DNA from: a virus | Lineage: Duplodnaviria > Heunggongvirae > Uroviricota > Caudoviricetes | IMG/VR virus record: IMGVR_UViG_641736225_000038 | Length of the DNA: 19,876 nt | Reading direction: 5' to 3' (one strand) | Part shown: piece by piece, positions 1 through 8,828 of the stretch | Layout of the letters: every line of letters begins with the position of its first letter | Position numbering within the stretch: the first letter of the stretch is position 1 | Notes under the pieces: model-generated | What the model was told of the DNA's origin: nothing | The model's database searches: none | Seen by the model: the letters and a program-made list of their open reading frames with translations, nothing else | Program-made: the position numbers and the translations under genes

Positions 1-438
1 GGCCTGAACTGCCGGAGGCGTAGGCCATTCAATATCTGGCGCACCGGAAGTATCGACCAGCTCCAGTGCGTCCAGATAATCCAGCCACAAATTATATTGC
101 GTCAGTTCGTCACCTTTCAGACGACCAATAGCCGCTTTACCGGGCCATTGCTTACTGTTCATGTATTCGTTGGCCTGGTTAATTAGTAGCTGTCTTTCTG
201 ATTCAGTAATTTCAATAAGCTCTTCATGCGTGGGTGGAGGAATATCTGCCCACGCAGGCAGCCCATCATCTCCGGCAATACGGATTTTTCCTTGTGGCGG
301 TTCAGCCATAAACTCACTGATAATATTTTGATTTACTTCCTTAGCGTCTGATAAATCCCATCCCTCTGATTTATATTTATCAATCATATCCACAGGGAAA
401 AAAGCATTATGCCTTGCGCTATAAACATATTCGTCCAT
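1..438 (-). CDS. tfa: Phage tail fibre assembly protein (Tfa / Mu U-like); 3' end runs off the window start
   Basis: Minus-strand frame opens with ATG at 438..436 (MDEYVYSARHNAFFPVDMIDKYKSEGWDL...) and is still open at position 1, where it reads ...LVDTSGAPDIEWPTPPAVQA, the conserved C-terminal motif of tail fibre assembly proteins. Lies directly downstream of a tail-fibre C-terminal ORF on the same strand. Not in the ORF track because it is truncated by the window edge. Confidence 0.8.
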   Translation of the reverse strand, partial: MDEYVYSARHNAFFPVDMIDKYKSEGWDLSDAKEVNQNIISEFMAEPPQGKIRIAGDDGLPAWADIPPPTHEELIEITESERQLLINQANEYMNSKQWPGKAAIGRLKGDELTQYNLWLDYLDALELVDTSGAPDIEWPTPPAVQA

Positions 439-458
439 ATAAATCACCCTGAATAAAA

Positions 459-872
459 TTACTCACCAACAGCCCACCAACTGTAATTCATCGATACCGT
501 GTCGCTGGTTGATGACGTTCTGTAAGCAGAATTAAAGCCGGTTAACGTTGGGCCTTCTGCAGTCATCACGAACCCTCGCCCAGCGCCTAAAGGCGCACCG
601 CCATCACCAGAATGAGTAAGCATGGCGCAGTCCGCTTTTTTGGGGAAAGGGATGCTGAATGTAATTCTCATTGTTTGCGTCGATAATGTCGGCGTAACCG
701 CACCACGACCATATTGCAGGATTTTCCCGTTGGGTAATTTCATCCATCCATTACCACTGGCAAAAGAGGCCATGTCCGGTATCTGATTTTCCCCTGTCCC
801 CACATCCCGTTTTGCCGCTTCTCCCAAACCAACGTTTATGAAAATGCAGAAATAACGAGCAAATGGCATCAT
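459..872 (-). CDS. Tail-fibre C-terminal variable cassette (Sv-type segment of an invertible tail-fibre region); lacks its own N-terminal constant part in this orientation
   Basis: 137-aa minus-strand ORF, Gly/Ser/Thr-rich, ending ...SMNYSWWAVGE, immediately upstream of tfa on the same strand (tail fibre then tfa order) and abutting an invertase gene on the opposite strand, as in Mu G, P1 C and e14 P segments. The first codons (872 to about 845) lie outside the putative crossover site and are probably not part of the expressed fibre. Confidence 0.6.
   Translation of the reverse strand: MMPFARYFCIFINVGLGEAAKRDVGTGENQIPDMASFASGNGWMKLPNGKILQYGRGAVTPTLSTQTMRITFSIPFPKKADCAMLTHSGDGGAPLGAGRGFVMTAEGPTLTGFNSAYRTSSTSDTVSMNYSWWAVGE
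819..844. other. Candidate invertase crossover site (gix/hix-like 26-bp site)
   Basis: TTCTCCCAAACC-AA-CGTTTATGAAAA: two imperfect 12-bp half-sites around a central AA, with the AAACC / GTTT core arrangement recalled for Hin/Gin sites (hixL TTCTTGAAAACC AA GGTTTTTGATAA). Located 55 bp upstream of the invertase start, at the edge of the tail-fibre cassette. Confidence 0.4.
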
Positions 873-898
873 TCCTGCTTTTGTCAGGGAGATCTACC

Positions 899-1453
899 AT
901 GCTTATTGGCTATGTACGTGTGTCAACAAATGACCAGAACACAGATCTACAACGTAATGCGCTGAACTGTGCAGGATGCGAGCTGATTTTTGAAGACAAG
1001 ATAAGCGGTACAAAGTCCGAAAGGCCGGGACTGAAAAAACTGCTCAGGACATTATCGGCAGGTGACACTCTGGTTGTCTGGAAACTGGATCGGCTGGGGC
1101 GCAGTATGCGGCATCTGGTCATTCTGGTTGAGGAGTTGCGCGAACGTGGCGTTAATTTTCGCAGCCTGACGGATGCTATTGATACCAGTACCCCAATGGG
1201 GCGCTTTTTCTTTCATGTGATGGGGGCCCTGGCTGAAATGGAACGAGAACTGATTGTTGAACGAACAAAAGCTGGACTGGAAGCTGCTCGCGCACAGGGA
1301 CGAATTGGTGGACGTCGTCCCAAACTTACACCAGAACAATGGGCGCAGGCCGGACGATTAATTGCAGCAGGAATTCCTCGCCAGAAGGTAGCGATCATCT
1401 ATGATGTTGGTGTATCGACACTGTATAAGAAGTTTCCGGCCGGAGATAAATGA
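899..1453 (+). CDS. pin: Serine DNA invertase, Hin/Gin/Cin/Pin family (184 aa)
   Basis: Translation from ATG 899: MLIGYVRVSTNDQNTDLQ...VVWKLDRLGRSMRHL...FRSLTDAIDTSTPMGRFFFHVMGALAEMERELIVERT...GRIGGRRPKL, with catalytic serine context (YVRVST) and C-terminal HTH typical of small serine recombinases. The 12 upstream codons in the ORF track (863-898) are probably untranslated. Adjacent to the tail-fibre/tfa cassettes. Confidence 0.9.
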   Translation: MLIGYVRVSTNDQNTDLQRNALNCAGCELIFEDKISGTKSERPGLKKLLRTLSAGDTLVVWKLDRLGRSMRHLVILVEELRERGVNFRSLTDAIDTSTPMGRFFFHVMGALAEMERELIVERTKAGLEAARAQGRIGGRRPKLTPEQWAQAGRLIAAGIPRQKVAIIYDVGVSTLYKKFPAGDK

Positions 1454-1510
1454 AACCGTAGCACGTCGTATGCAAGATCGTGCTGCGGTTTATGCTTACC
1501 ACTTGAAGAT

Positions 1511-2380
<870 letters not shown>

Positions 2381-2463
2381 CTAACCCTTTGAATTTACAT
2401 AGCGCAAAAAGATACCTTTCCTCATAATGTGAGCTAATTTTATGTTTCGTTTGATGATCGGGT

Positions 2464-2525
2464 CGGTCTCGAAAACCGGAGTAGGGGCAACTCTACCGGG
2501 GGTTCAAATCCCCCTCTCTCCGCCA
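2464..2525 (+). other. 3' fragment (62 nt) of tRNA-Ser(CGA), serU-type; attachment-site core, not a functional tRNA
   Basis: CGGTCTCGAAAACCGGAGTAGGGGCAACTCTACCGGGGGTTCAAATCCCCCTCTCTCCGCCA contains anticodon loop CTCGAAA (anticodon CGA), long variable arm, T-arm and 3' acceptor strand. The 5' acceptor strand and D-arm are replaced by only partly similar sequence (2440-2463), as expected at a phage/host att junction. Confidence 0.75.
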
Positions 2526-3107
2526 CTTTATCAATGACTTATCTCCCGACTTCCCGTCTTGCTTTTCCTAAACAGAACAATCGTAGAATATTCTTGAAGG
2601 GTTAGATCGTCACTGTTTTCTGTTCGATACTGTGACATTCAGCACTTGATTCGCTATGGATCTGACAGGAAGGTTTTGAGCGAAAATCTGCAGTTATTCA
2701 GTCGTTTTCTTATCGGTCACCATTATTCTTTTAGACATTGATCCTACAAAGCTGCCGCAAAGTTGGTGGTGGGAACTGAAGTTGCGTAGAGAAGGGGTCA
2801 ATACCCGGAGGCAAACATGGGCTGGCAAAAGTGTAGCGGTATTAGGCGCAGCTATTTAGCCTAGTTATGTTTTATGAAAACTTGATATCATATAAGTGTC
2901 TTACTTATTGGCTGTAAATAAGTTTTTCCTAAGGAATTGTTTCTTGAGTATCATTTGTAACTGTAACGGAATTTATAATCCTTTGCTTTATTGTTACGGT
3001 ATTTTTTATCACACCCTATTTTTAGTGGTTTTTTATACTGAAGTTTGGCAAAGTGAACTTTATATACATATACTTCATCCTGGTTTCAGTTAAATTGGGG
3101 GGATGAT

Positions 3108-3851
3108 ATGGCAACTACATGTTCAGTTATATTGATTTTGGAGTCCTTTGATGTTTATTTCGGAAAAGAGAGTGTGTTTCTGGAGAGAGGTTCATCTGTA
3201 CTTGTCGACTCTAGCTCTAGAGATTTTTTCCTGACATATCCTGAAAGAGTGATAGTGGCGGATTTTGGCGCTGAGTTTATTAGTCGCTATTTGAAAGCTA
3301 ATAACTTAAGGGATATTTCTGATTGTAGGGAATATCCATCTTATTTAAAAATAAACTTTGCTGACTTCAGTTTAATTAAAGGATTAATTAGTTGGGCTAA
3401 TCACTGTGCTGAATACATAGAAATTTTTGATGAGTCTATTGCTTTTACATGTCTCTCTGCATTTTCTTCTGAAAAACAATTTGGAGTATTTCTGTTTGGA
3501 TGTTTGAAAAGCACAGGGGCTAAAGTTAAAACGATTATTCATACGGATTTATCTGCACCATGGCGTCTTAAGGATATATCATCAAGATTATATCTCAGCG
3601 AAAGTTTACTAAAGAGGAAATTGAAAGAAGAGGGGGTATCATTCAGTAAGATCATACTTGATGAGAGGATGCAAATGGCTGAATATTTACTCAGCACTCG
3701 TTGTTATCCTATTAGTAAAGTAGCTAAGGTCTGTGGTTATGCCAGTGTCTCATACTTTACTTATGTATTTAGACGTTATTTTGGTGTTTCTCCAAGTCAA
3801 TACTCTCAGAGGAGTTCAGAAAGTAAAATTCTTACTCACCAGGGAATCTGA
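3108..3851 (+). CDS. AraC/XylS-family transcriptional regulator (247 aa)
   Basis: C-terminal ~100 aa show the two-HTH AraC signature (...ISSRLYLSESLLKRKLKEEGVSFSKIILDERMQMAEYLL...ISKVAKVCGYASVSYFTYVFRRYFGVSPSQY). AT-rich gene; G-rich stretch before the ATG. Confidence 0.75.
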   Translation: MATTCSVILILESFDVYFGKESVFLERGSSVLVDSSSRDFFLTYPERVIVADFGAEFISRYLKANNLRDISDCREYPSYLKINFADFSLIKGLISWANHCAEYIEIFDESIAFTCLSAFSSEKQFGVFLFGCLKSTGAKVKTIIHTDLSAPWRLKDISSRLYLSESLLKRKLKEEGVSFSKIILDERMQMAEYLLSTRCYPISKVAKVCGYASVSYFTYVFRRYFGVSPSQYSQRSSESKILTHQGI

Positions 3852-3855
3852 TCAT

Positions 3856-4330
3856 TGTTCTTGCCCCCTTATTTCCAGACAGGGGGGGTATCTTAAGTTA
3901 ACGTTACCCGCTGACGTCGATATTCTCGCGGAGAGCGATAACCCAACGCACTGTGCGGATGGTTTTCATTGTAATGTTCGATCGCCACTGCAAGATTATG
4001 CAATGCCGTTCTTACATTCGGTTTCGGCATGAACGCGATGTAGTCTTCCTTCATCGTTTTCACGAACCTTTCTGCAATTCCATTACTCTGAGGACTGCTG
4101 ATTGCCGTTGTGCAGGGCTCCAGATTCAACTCTCTGGCGAACTGCCGTGTTTCATGCGCTCTATACGCTGAACCGTTATCTGTCAGCCACTGGATGGACT
4201 GTTCCGGTACTTTATCGCCAAAGCGTTTTTCTATCGCTCCTAACATGACATCCTGCACTGTCGCTTTATCGTAACCTCCCGTGCTTGCGGCCCAGTCTAT
4301 GGCTTCACGATCGCAACAGTCCAGGGCGAT
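3856..4330 (-). mobile_element. Truncated IS3-family (IS2-group-like) insertion sequence remnant: one terminal inverted repeat plus 3' part of transposase orfB
   Basis: Minus strand near 3856-3880 reads ...TGTCTGGAAATAAGGGGGCAA..., resembling the IS2 right end as recalled. The orfB-like frame is open from 4330 down to the stop at 3893. No orfA and no second IR. The inner boundary is approximate; decayed homology may extend to about 4400. Confidence 0.6.
3893..4330 (-). pseudogene. IS2-like transposase OrfB, C-terminal fragment
   Basis: Translation ...[93 protein letters not shown]...[19 protein letters not shown] matches the C-terminal DDE-domain region of IS2 InsD-type transposases (recalled, roughly 60-70% identical). 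An in-frame TGA at 4331-4333 ends the homologous frame upstream. Confidence 0.65.
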
Positions 4331-4605
4331 TCATCTGGGCCAATCCTTGCTCATAACAGGCATTCACTTCAGTCATGGCAGAAAGGTATGCATGCTGGAG
4401 AAGTCGTGAAAGAAAAGAAGACTGCTGCGCCGTTTGTCGTCACGTTTATCTTCATTGGCTATGCAAGTCGTAATACAAGGTGGGACAAAACTGAGACACA
4501 TAAGGCCTCGCAATGGCTTGCAAGGCTTTACATGTTTTGATGTGGTGGGACGTGTGAGCGCAGTGTTGATGGGGTAATGCTTTGAATTAGAAGCGGATTC
4601 TTATA

Positions 4606-4651
4606 ATTCGTAATGCGAAGGTCGTAGGTTCGACTCCTATTATCGGCACCA
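4606..4651 (+). other. 3' fragment (46 nt) of tRNA-Thr (thrW-type); left attachment core of the P4-like element
   Basis: ATTCGTAATGCGAAGGTCGTAGGTTCGACTCCTATTATCGGCACCA matches the 3' part of tRNA-Thr(CGU) from the anticodon loop to CCA. Upstream sequence does not match the tRNA 5' half. A P4-type integrase gene starts 160 bp downstream in the same orientation. Confidence 0.75.
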
Positions 4652-4813
4652 TCTCAACTTCCTCAAACGTCCGTATTAGTCCATAAAATCTCTGATTTAT
4701 AACATTTTTTATTCTTTTAAGTCCATAGTAGTCCGTAACCATCCAGTAGAATCCGGTACTGAATGTGTATAGGATTGTGTATATGTTCCTGTTCGGTCTG
4801 GATTCCTATACAC

Positions 4814-5995
4814 ATGCCTTTAAACGATATGCAGATTCGCCGCGCTAAGCCTGAAGCTAAAGCCTATACATTTGGAGATGGGCTAGGGTTGTCATTACTT
4901 ATAGAACCTAATGGAAGCAAGAGTTGGCGGTTCCGCTATCGCTATGCCGGCAAACCCAAAATGATCTCGCTTGGTGTTTACCCAACGATCACCCTTGCCG
5001 ATGCTCGTTCCCGTCGTGATGAAGCTCGAAAACTTGTGGCAGAAGGAAAGAACCCTAGTGAGGTTCGAAAAGAGCAAAAGCTAGCTATGCAAACAGAGTC
5101 AGAGAACGCCTTCGAAAAGATAGCCAGAGAGTGGCATCAACTTAAATCTGCTAAATGGTCGGCGGGATATGCATCAGACATCATGGAAGCGTTTAAGAAC
5201 GACATTTTTCCTTATGTCGGAACAAGGCCTGTGGGAGAGATTAAACCGCTAGAGCTGCTGAACGTTCTGCGTAAAATTGAGAAACGTGGTGCGTTGGAGA
5301 AAATGCGCAAAGTGCGGCAGCGTTGCTCCGAAGTGTTTCGCTACGCAATTGCAACGGGTAGGGCGGAGTACAATCCTGCGGCTGATCTCTCCAGCGCTCT
5401 CGAAGTACACCAATCCAATCATTTCCCATTCCTAAAAGCTGATGAGATACCTGATTTTCTACGTGCCTTAGAGGGTTACTCCGGGAGTAAGCTTGTCCAG
5501 ATAGCCACGAAATTACTGATGATTACGGGTGTGAGAACCATCGAATTACGCGCGGCATTATGGCAAGAATTTGATCTGGATAACGCTATTTGGGAAATTC
5601 CTGCTGAAAGGATGAAAATGCGTAGGCCACATCTTGTGCCCTTATCATCTCAAGCGGTAGATTTACTCAATGAACTCAAGATCATGACAGGGAACTATCG
5701 TTATGTTTTTCCAGGGCGGAACGATCCGAATAGGCCAATGAGCGAAGCGAGTATAAATCAAGCCATTAAGCGTATTGGGTATGGAGGAAAAGTCACTGGA
5801 CATGGTTTTCGTCATACCCTTTCTACAATCCTGCATGAGCAAGGTTTTGAGAGTGCTTGGATTGAAATCCAGTTGGCTCATGTAGATAAAAATTCTATTA
5901 GGGGGACTTATAACCATGCTCAATATTTTAGTGGAAGGAAGTCTATGATGGACTGGTACAGTAATTTGATATTTGAAAGACTAAAAAGGAGTTAA
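4814..5995 (+). CDS. int: P4-type tyrosine integrase (393 aa)
   Basis: Start at ATG 4814: MPLNDMQIRRAKPEAKAYTFGDGLGLSLLIEPNGSKSWRFRYRYAGKPKMISLGVYP... (characteristic P4-integrase N-terminal domain); C-terminal catalytic region with ...HGFRHT... and ...HVDKNSIRGTYNHAQY (tyrosine recombinase R-H-R-Y context). The track's upstream extension (4763) is unlikely. Confidence 0.9.
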   Translation: MPLNDMQIRRAKPEAKAYTFGDGLGLSLLIEPNGSKSWRFRYRYAGKPKMISLGVYPTITLADARSRRDEARKLVAEGKNPSEVRKEQKLAMQTESENAFEKIAREWHQLKSAKWSAGYASDIMEAFKNDIFPYVGTRPVGEIKPLELLNVLRKIEKRGALEKMRKVRQRCSEVFRYAIATGRAEYNPAADLSSALEVHQSNHFPFLKADEIPDFLRALEGYSGSKLVQIATKLLMITGVRTIELRAALWQEFDLDNAIWEIPAERMKMRRPHLVPLSSQAVDLLNELKIMTGNYRYVFPGRNDPNRPMSEASINQAIKRIGYGGKVTGHGFRHTLSTILHEQGFESAWIEIQLAHVDKNSIRGTYNHAQYFSGRKSMMDWYSNLIFERLKRS

Positions 5996-5998
5996 TTT

Positions 5999-6415
5999 GT
6001 GTCTCAACCACTTTCGGAAATATTGACATGGGATGATGAACAATGGGAGGTATTTGTCCATGATTGGCTTATTGTCTGTAAATCAGATGATTACCCGTGG
6101 AGCGAACGTTTGGGAGGAGCTGGAGATAAAGGTAGAGACGTTGTTGGATATAAATCGGATCCTAACGTAGAAGGTTATTCTTGGGATAATTATCAATGCA
6201 AACTGTACAAAAAAAGTTTAGGGTTCTCTGATGTTGTAGTTGAGTTTGGAAAACTTATCTATTTTACTCTGAATGGTGATTATCCCATCCCTCAGAAGTA
6301 CTTTTTTGTGGCACCCTATGATTTATCTACTACATTTTCTAATTTATTGAAAAATAAAAACGAGCTTAAAAAAGCAGTCCTTGATTCATGGGATTCAGCA
6401 ATTTCAAAAAAATAA
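5999..6415 (+). CDS. Mrr-like (PD-(D/E)xK, Mrr_cat-type) restriction-endonuclease-domain protein, 138 aa; probably the N-terminal part of a frameshifted effector gene
   Basis: GTG start at 5999 with AAGGAG 10 nt upstream, 3 nt after the int stop. Motif ...LGGAGDKGRDVVGYKSD...(25 aa)...YQCKLYKK fits the G-x-D-x-G-x-D ... Q-x-K active-site pattern of Mrr-type nucleases. AT-rich. Ends in an A7 tract where the next ORF begins in another frame. Confidence 0.55.
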   Translation: MSQPLSEILTWDDEQWEVFVHDWLIVCKSDDYPWSERLGGAGDKGRDVVGYKSDPNVEGYSWDNYQCKLYKKSLGFSDVVVEFGKLIYFTLNGDYPIPQKYFFVAPYDLSTTFSNLLKNKNELKKAVLDSWDSAISKK

Positions 6416-7005
6416 CTAAAAAGATTGATATTCCATTAGATGATGAAATAAAAAAATATATTGAGGATTTTGATTTTAGTATTTTTTACTCTCTACCCTT
6501 ATCATTGATTTTAAATGATATTGCAAATACACACCTTTATTTTAAGTACTTTAACGAGCTGTATGTCGTGAGAATCCCTCCAAATGAAATTCCAACATAC
6601 AATTCAAAAAAAGAGTCTGTATATGTTAATGCACTGCTTCAAGCCTATTCAGAGCATGGAAATAAAACTTATAGTTCTTTCTTAGAGCTTGATGATCCAT
6701 ACAGACGACACTTTAATAATAGTAGAAATGATTTTTATTTTGCATCTTCGCTTGAGGTTTTTGTCCGCGAAGTATTTAAAGATGATGTATTCAAAGCATT
6801 GAAATGTTACATTTCATCTTCAATTGAACCCGTCTTTTATGAAGACCATAATTATGCATTTATTAGGTGTAATGCAGTCTTGAAGCAGGCTGTTCTGACA
6901 CCAATTGCACATTCAGTACTATCAAAAATATGTGAAGCAAATGATAAAAAAGGAATATGCCATCATTTGGTTAATGATGGTGAAGTAATTTGGACGGTGA
7001 GATAA
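6388..7005 (+). CDS. Hypothetical protein (205 aa); probably the C-terminal continuation of the upstream nuclease ORF
   Basis: ATG 6388 is immediately preceded by an in-frame TGA (6382-6384), has no SD and overlaps the upstream ORF by 28 nt. One extra A in the A7 run (6401-6407) would fuse the two ORFs into about 343 aa. Stop TAA 7003-7005 overlaps the next ATG (TAATG). Confidence 0.5.
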   Translation: MGFSNFKKITKKIDIPLDDEIKKYIEDFDFSIFYSLPLSLILNDIANTHLYFKYFNELYVVRIPPNEIPTYNSKKESVYVNALLQAYSEHGNKTYSSFLELDDPYRRHFNNSRNDFYFASSLEVFVREVFKDDVFKALKCYISSSIEPVFYEDHNYAFIRCNAVLKQAVLTPIAHSVLSKICEANDKKGICHHLVNDGEVIWTVR

Positions 7006-7463
7006 TGGTTAGAATTTATAATTCAAGTTTAGAAGTGGCATGTCGAATGGCGAAAGTGCTCGTCGCTATTTATCCTTCTTCATTAAGCCTTGAACGGCTT
7101 ATTTGTTTTGATTTTATTTTAGTAAATCTTAAGGATTTTTTACCTGAAGAGATTAGTCTTCATCCTCCAATACCCCGTAGAGATGCTCAGTTAGCCCTAA
7201 AACGAGAGATTGTTTTAGAATCATTGGCTTTGTTGCAAGGCTATGAACTAGCCTCAAAAATTTATACACATCGTGGTTTTGTATATAAAGCTTCTGAAAA
7301 AACATATGCATTTACAAATTCTCTACATAATGAATATGTTGCGCAGATGGAGCATAATATAAATTTGGTGGTTAAGTTATATAGTGATATTCCTGATGAG
7401 CAGTTGCAATCAATTATAAAAAATAAAATTGGCAAATATGATATGGAATTTAATTATGAATGA
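7005..7463 (+). CDS. Small hypothetical protein (152 aa), candidate middle component of the cargo module
   Basis: ATG at 7005 overlaps the upstream stop (TAATG coupling); the track's TTG at 6990 is an alternative. AT-rich with no recognisable motif. Its stop overlaps the start region of the ATPase gene. Confidence 0.5.
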   Translation: MVRIYNSSLEVACRMAKVLVAIYPSSLSLERLICFDFILVNLKDFLPEEISLHPPIPRRDAQLALKREIVLESLALLQGYELASKIYTHRGFVYKASEKTYAFTNSLHNEYVAQMEHNINLVVKLYSDIPDEQLQSIIKNKIGKYDMEFNYE

Positions 7464-7895
7464 CAATTTTTTTACGTTCAGAAAAATAAAGGTAACCGGA
7501 TTCAATAAATTAGATGCTATAATTGAATTTGGTTCTAAATTGACTATTTTATATGGTGGTTCTGACTCTGGAAAAACATACATATATTATTTGATTCGAT
7601 ATTTATTAGGGAGTGAAAAACTAAAAAATAAAGATATCGATCATGCTCAAGGTTATGATTTAGCCTATCTGGAATTTAATTTTCAAGGTAGGGTAATGAC
7701 AATTGAGAGGTCTCTTCAGGATAGCGCCCATTACAGATTATATGATTCGAGCATTGAAAATGTTAGTGAAGCTAATCTGTTGATGGTTTTTTCCAAAAGT
7801 GCTTCGTCTAAAAAGAGTTTTTCATCATACTTTTATGGTAGGTTGAATTTCAAAGAGGCTAAAGTAAGAACAAACTTAAGTAATACTCTTCATAA
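7456..7895 (+). pseudogene. 5' fragment of an SMC/RecF-like ABC ATPase gene, truncated by IS629 insertion
   Basis: MNDNFFTFRKIKVTGFNKLDAIIEFGSKLTILYGGSDSGKTYIYYL...: N-terminal head-domain pattern with Walker A GGSDSGKT. The reading frame runs straight into the IS terminal repeat at 7896; the ORF-track tail ...NEPPRVSWRVFYL is IS-encoded. Start could also be ATG 7438. Confidence 0.7.
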
Positions 7896-7937
7896 TGAAC
7901 CGCCCCGGGTTTCCTGGAGAGTGTTTTATCTGTGAAC

Positions 7938-8828
7938 TCAGGCTGCCAGATCATCGTTTCCGATGGAAGCATAATAAGCTTTTTCTGCTTCTGCCGGAGG
8001 AGTATGGCCCAGCCTTCCCAGCAATCGTCGATTGTTATACCAGTCCACCCACGTTAGTGTGGCCAGTTCCACTTCTGCACGGTTTTTCCAGCTCTTACGG
8101 TGTATTACCTCCGCTTTGTAAAGACCATTGATGCTCTCAGCCATCGCGTTGTCATACGAGTCGCCTGTACTCCCTGTTGATGCCAGTAATCCGGCTTCTT
8201 TTAGTCGCTCCGTATAGGCCAGTGACACATACTGAGAGCCTTTATCGCTGTGATGGATGGTGCCAGACGGACGACGGGCCCACAACGCCTGCTCCAGCGC
8301 ATCCAGCACGAATGTCGTTTCCATAGACGATGAGACCCGCCACCCCACGATGTATCCGGCAAACACATCAATGATAAACGCCACATAGACGAAGCCCTGC
8401 CATGTGCTGACGTAAGTAAAATCAGCCACCCACAGCTGGTCAGGTCGTTCTGCCACGAACTGACGGTTTACGCGGTCGCCTGCGGCAACGGCTTTCCGGC
8501 TGATGGTCGTACGGACCTTTTTACCCCGGAGAACACCGGCAAGTCCCATAACCGCCATGAGACGTGCCACTGTACATCTGGCCACCCTGATTCCTTCCCG
8601 TAACAACTGACGCCAGACTTTACGCACACCGTACACCTGATGATTTTCATCGTATACGCGCTGTATCTCTCTCTTCAGCCAGTCGTCGTGCTGCGCACGG
8701 GCACTGCGTTTATCCGGATGATGTCGCTGTTGCTGACAATGGTAATACGTTGACGGGGCAATATGCAGTTCGCTGCATACCGGTCCGACCCCGTACTGCT
8801 CACGCAGCTTATCCAGCAGTGGCATCAT
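7938..8828 (-). CDS. IS3-family transposase OrfB (DDE domain), IS629-type
   Basis: 296-aa ORF ...[50 protein letters not shown]...[11 protein letters not shown]...[21 protein letters not shown]...: integrase-core catalytic triad context. Overlaps orfA by 4 nt, as for frameshift-fused IS3 transposases. Confidence 0.9.
   Translation of the reverse strand: MMPLLDKLREQYGVGPVCSELHIAPSTYYHCQQQRHHPDKRSARAQHDDWLKREIQRVYDENHQVYGVRKVWRQLLREGIRVARCTVARLMAVMGLAGVLRGKKVRTTISRKAVAAGDRVNRQFVAERPDQLWVADFTYVSTWQGFVYVAFIIDVFAGYIVGWRVSSSMETTFVLDALEQALWARRPSGTIHHSDKGSQYVSLAYTERLKEAGLLASTGSTGDSYDNAMAESINGLYKAEVIHRKSWKNRAEVELATLTWVDWYNNRRLLGRLGHTPPAEAEKAYYASIGNDDLAA

Noticed and set aside
863-898. N-terminal extension of the invertase ORF (MASFLLLSGRST)
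   Set aside because: Small serine invertases start at MLIGYVRV; the extension overlaps the crossover-site region. Start moved to 899.
910-1398. Three minus-strand ORFs (70, 95, 61 aa) inside the invertase gene
   Set aside because: Antisense to a well-supported conserved gene; no motifs or RBS.
1454-1510. Possible bidirectional terminator between convergent invertase and GIY-YIG genes
   Set aside because: Only a weak 6-bp stem (AGCACG / CGTGCT) with a 17-nt loop and no U-run; not convincing.
2436-2525. Possible complete tRNA-Ser gene
   Set aside because: Only the 3' 62 nt match. The 5' acceptor strand (GGAGAGA) and D-arm are absent, so the acceptor stem cannot pair. Treated as an att core fragment.
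3733-4171. Plus-strand ORFs 3733-4032 and 3953-4171
   Set aside because: Overlap the AraC gene end and are antisense to the IS transposase fragment; Cys/Arg-rich translations typical of spurious antisense ORFs.
4576-4651. Possible complete tRNA-Thr gene
   Set aside because: The 5' 30 nt do not match tRNA-Thr and cannot form the acceptor or D stems. Treated as an att core fragment.
4763-4813. Upstream extension of the integrase ORF (MCIGLCICSCSVWIPIH)
   Set aside because: Cys-rich and non-conserved; the P4-type integrase N-terminus begins at MPLND (4814). The extension overlaps the inverted-repeat region.
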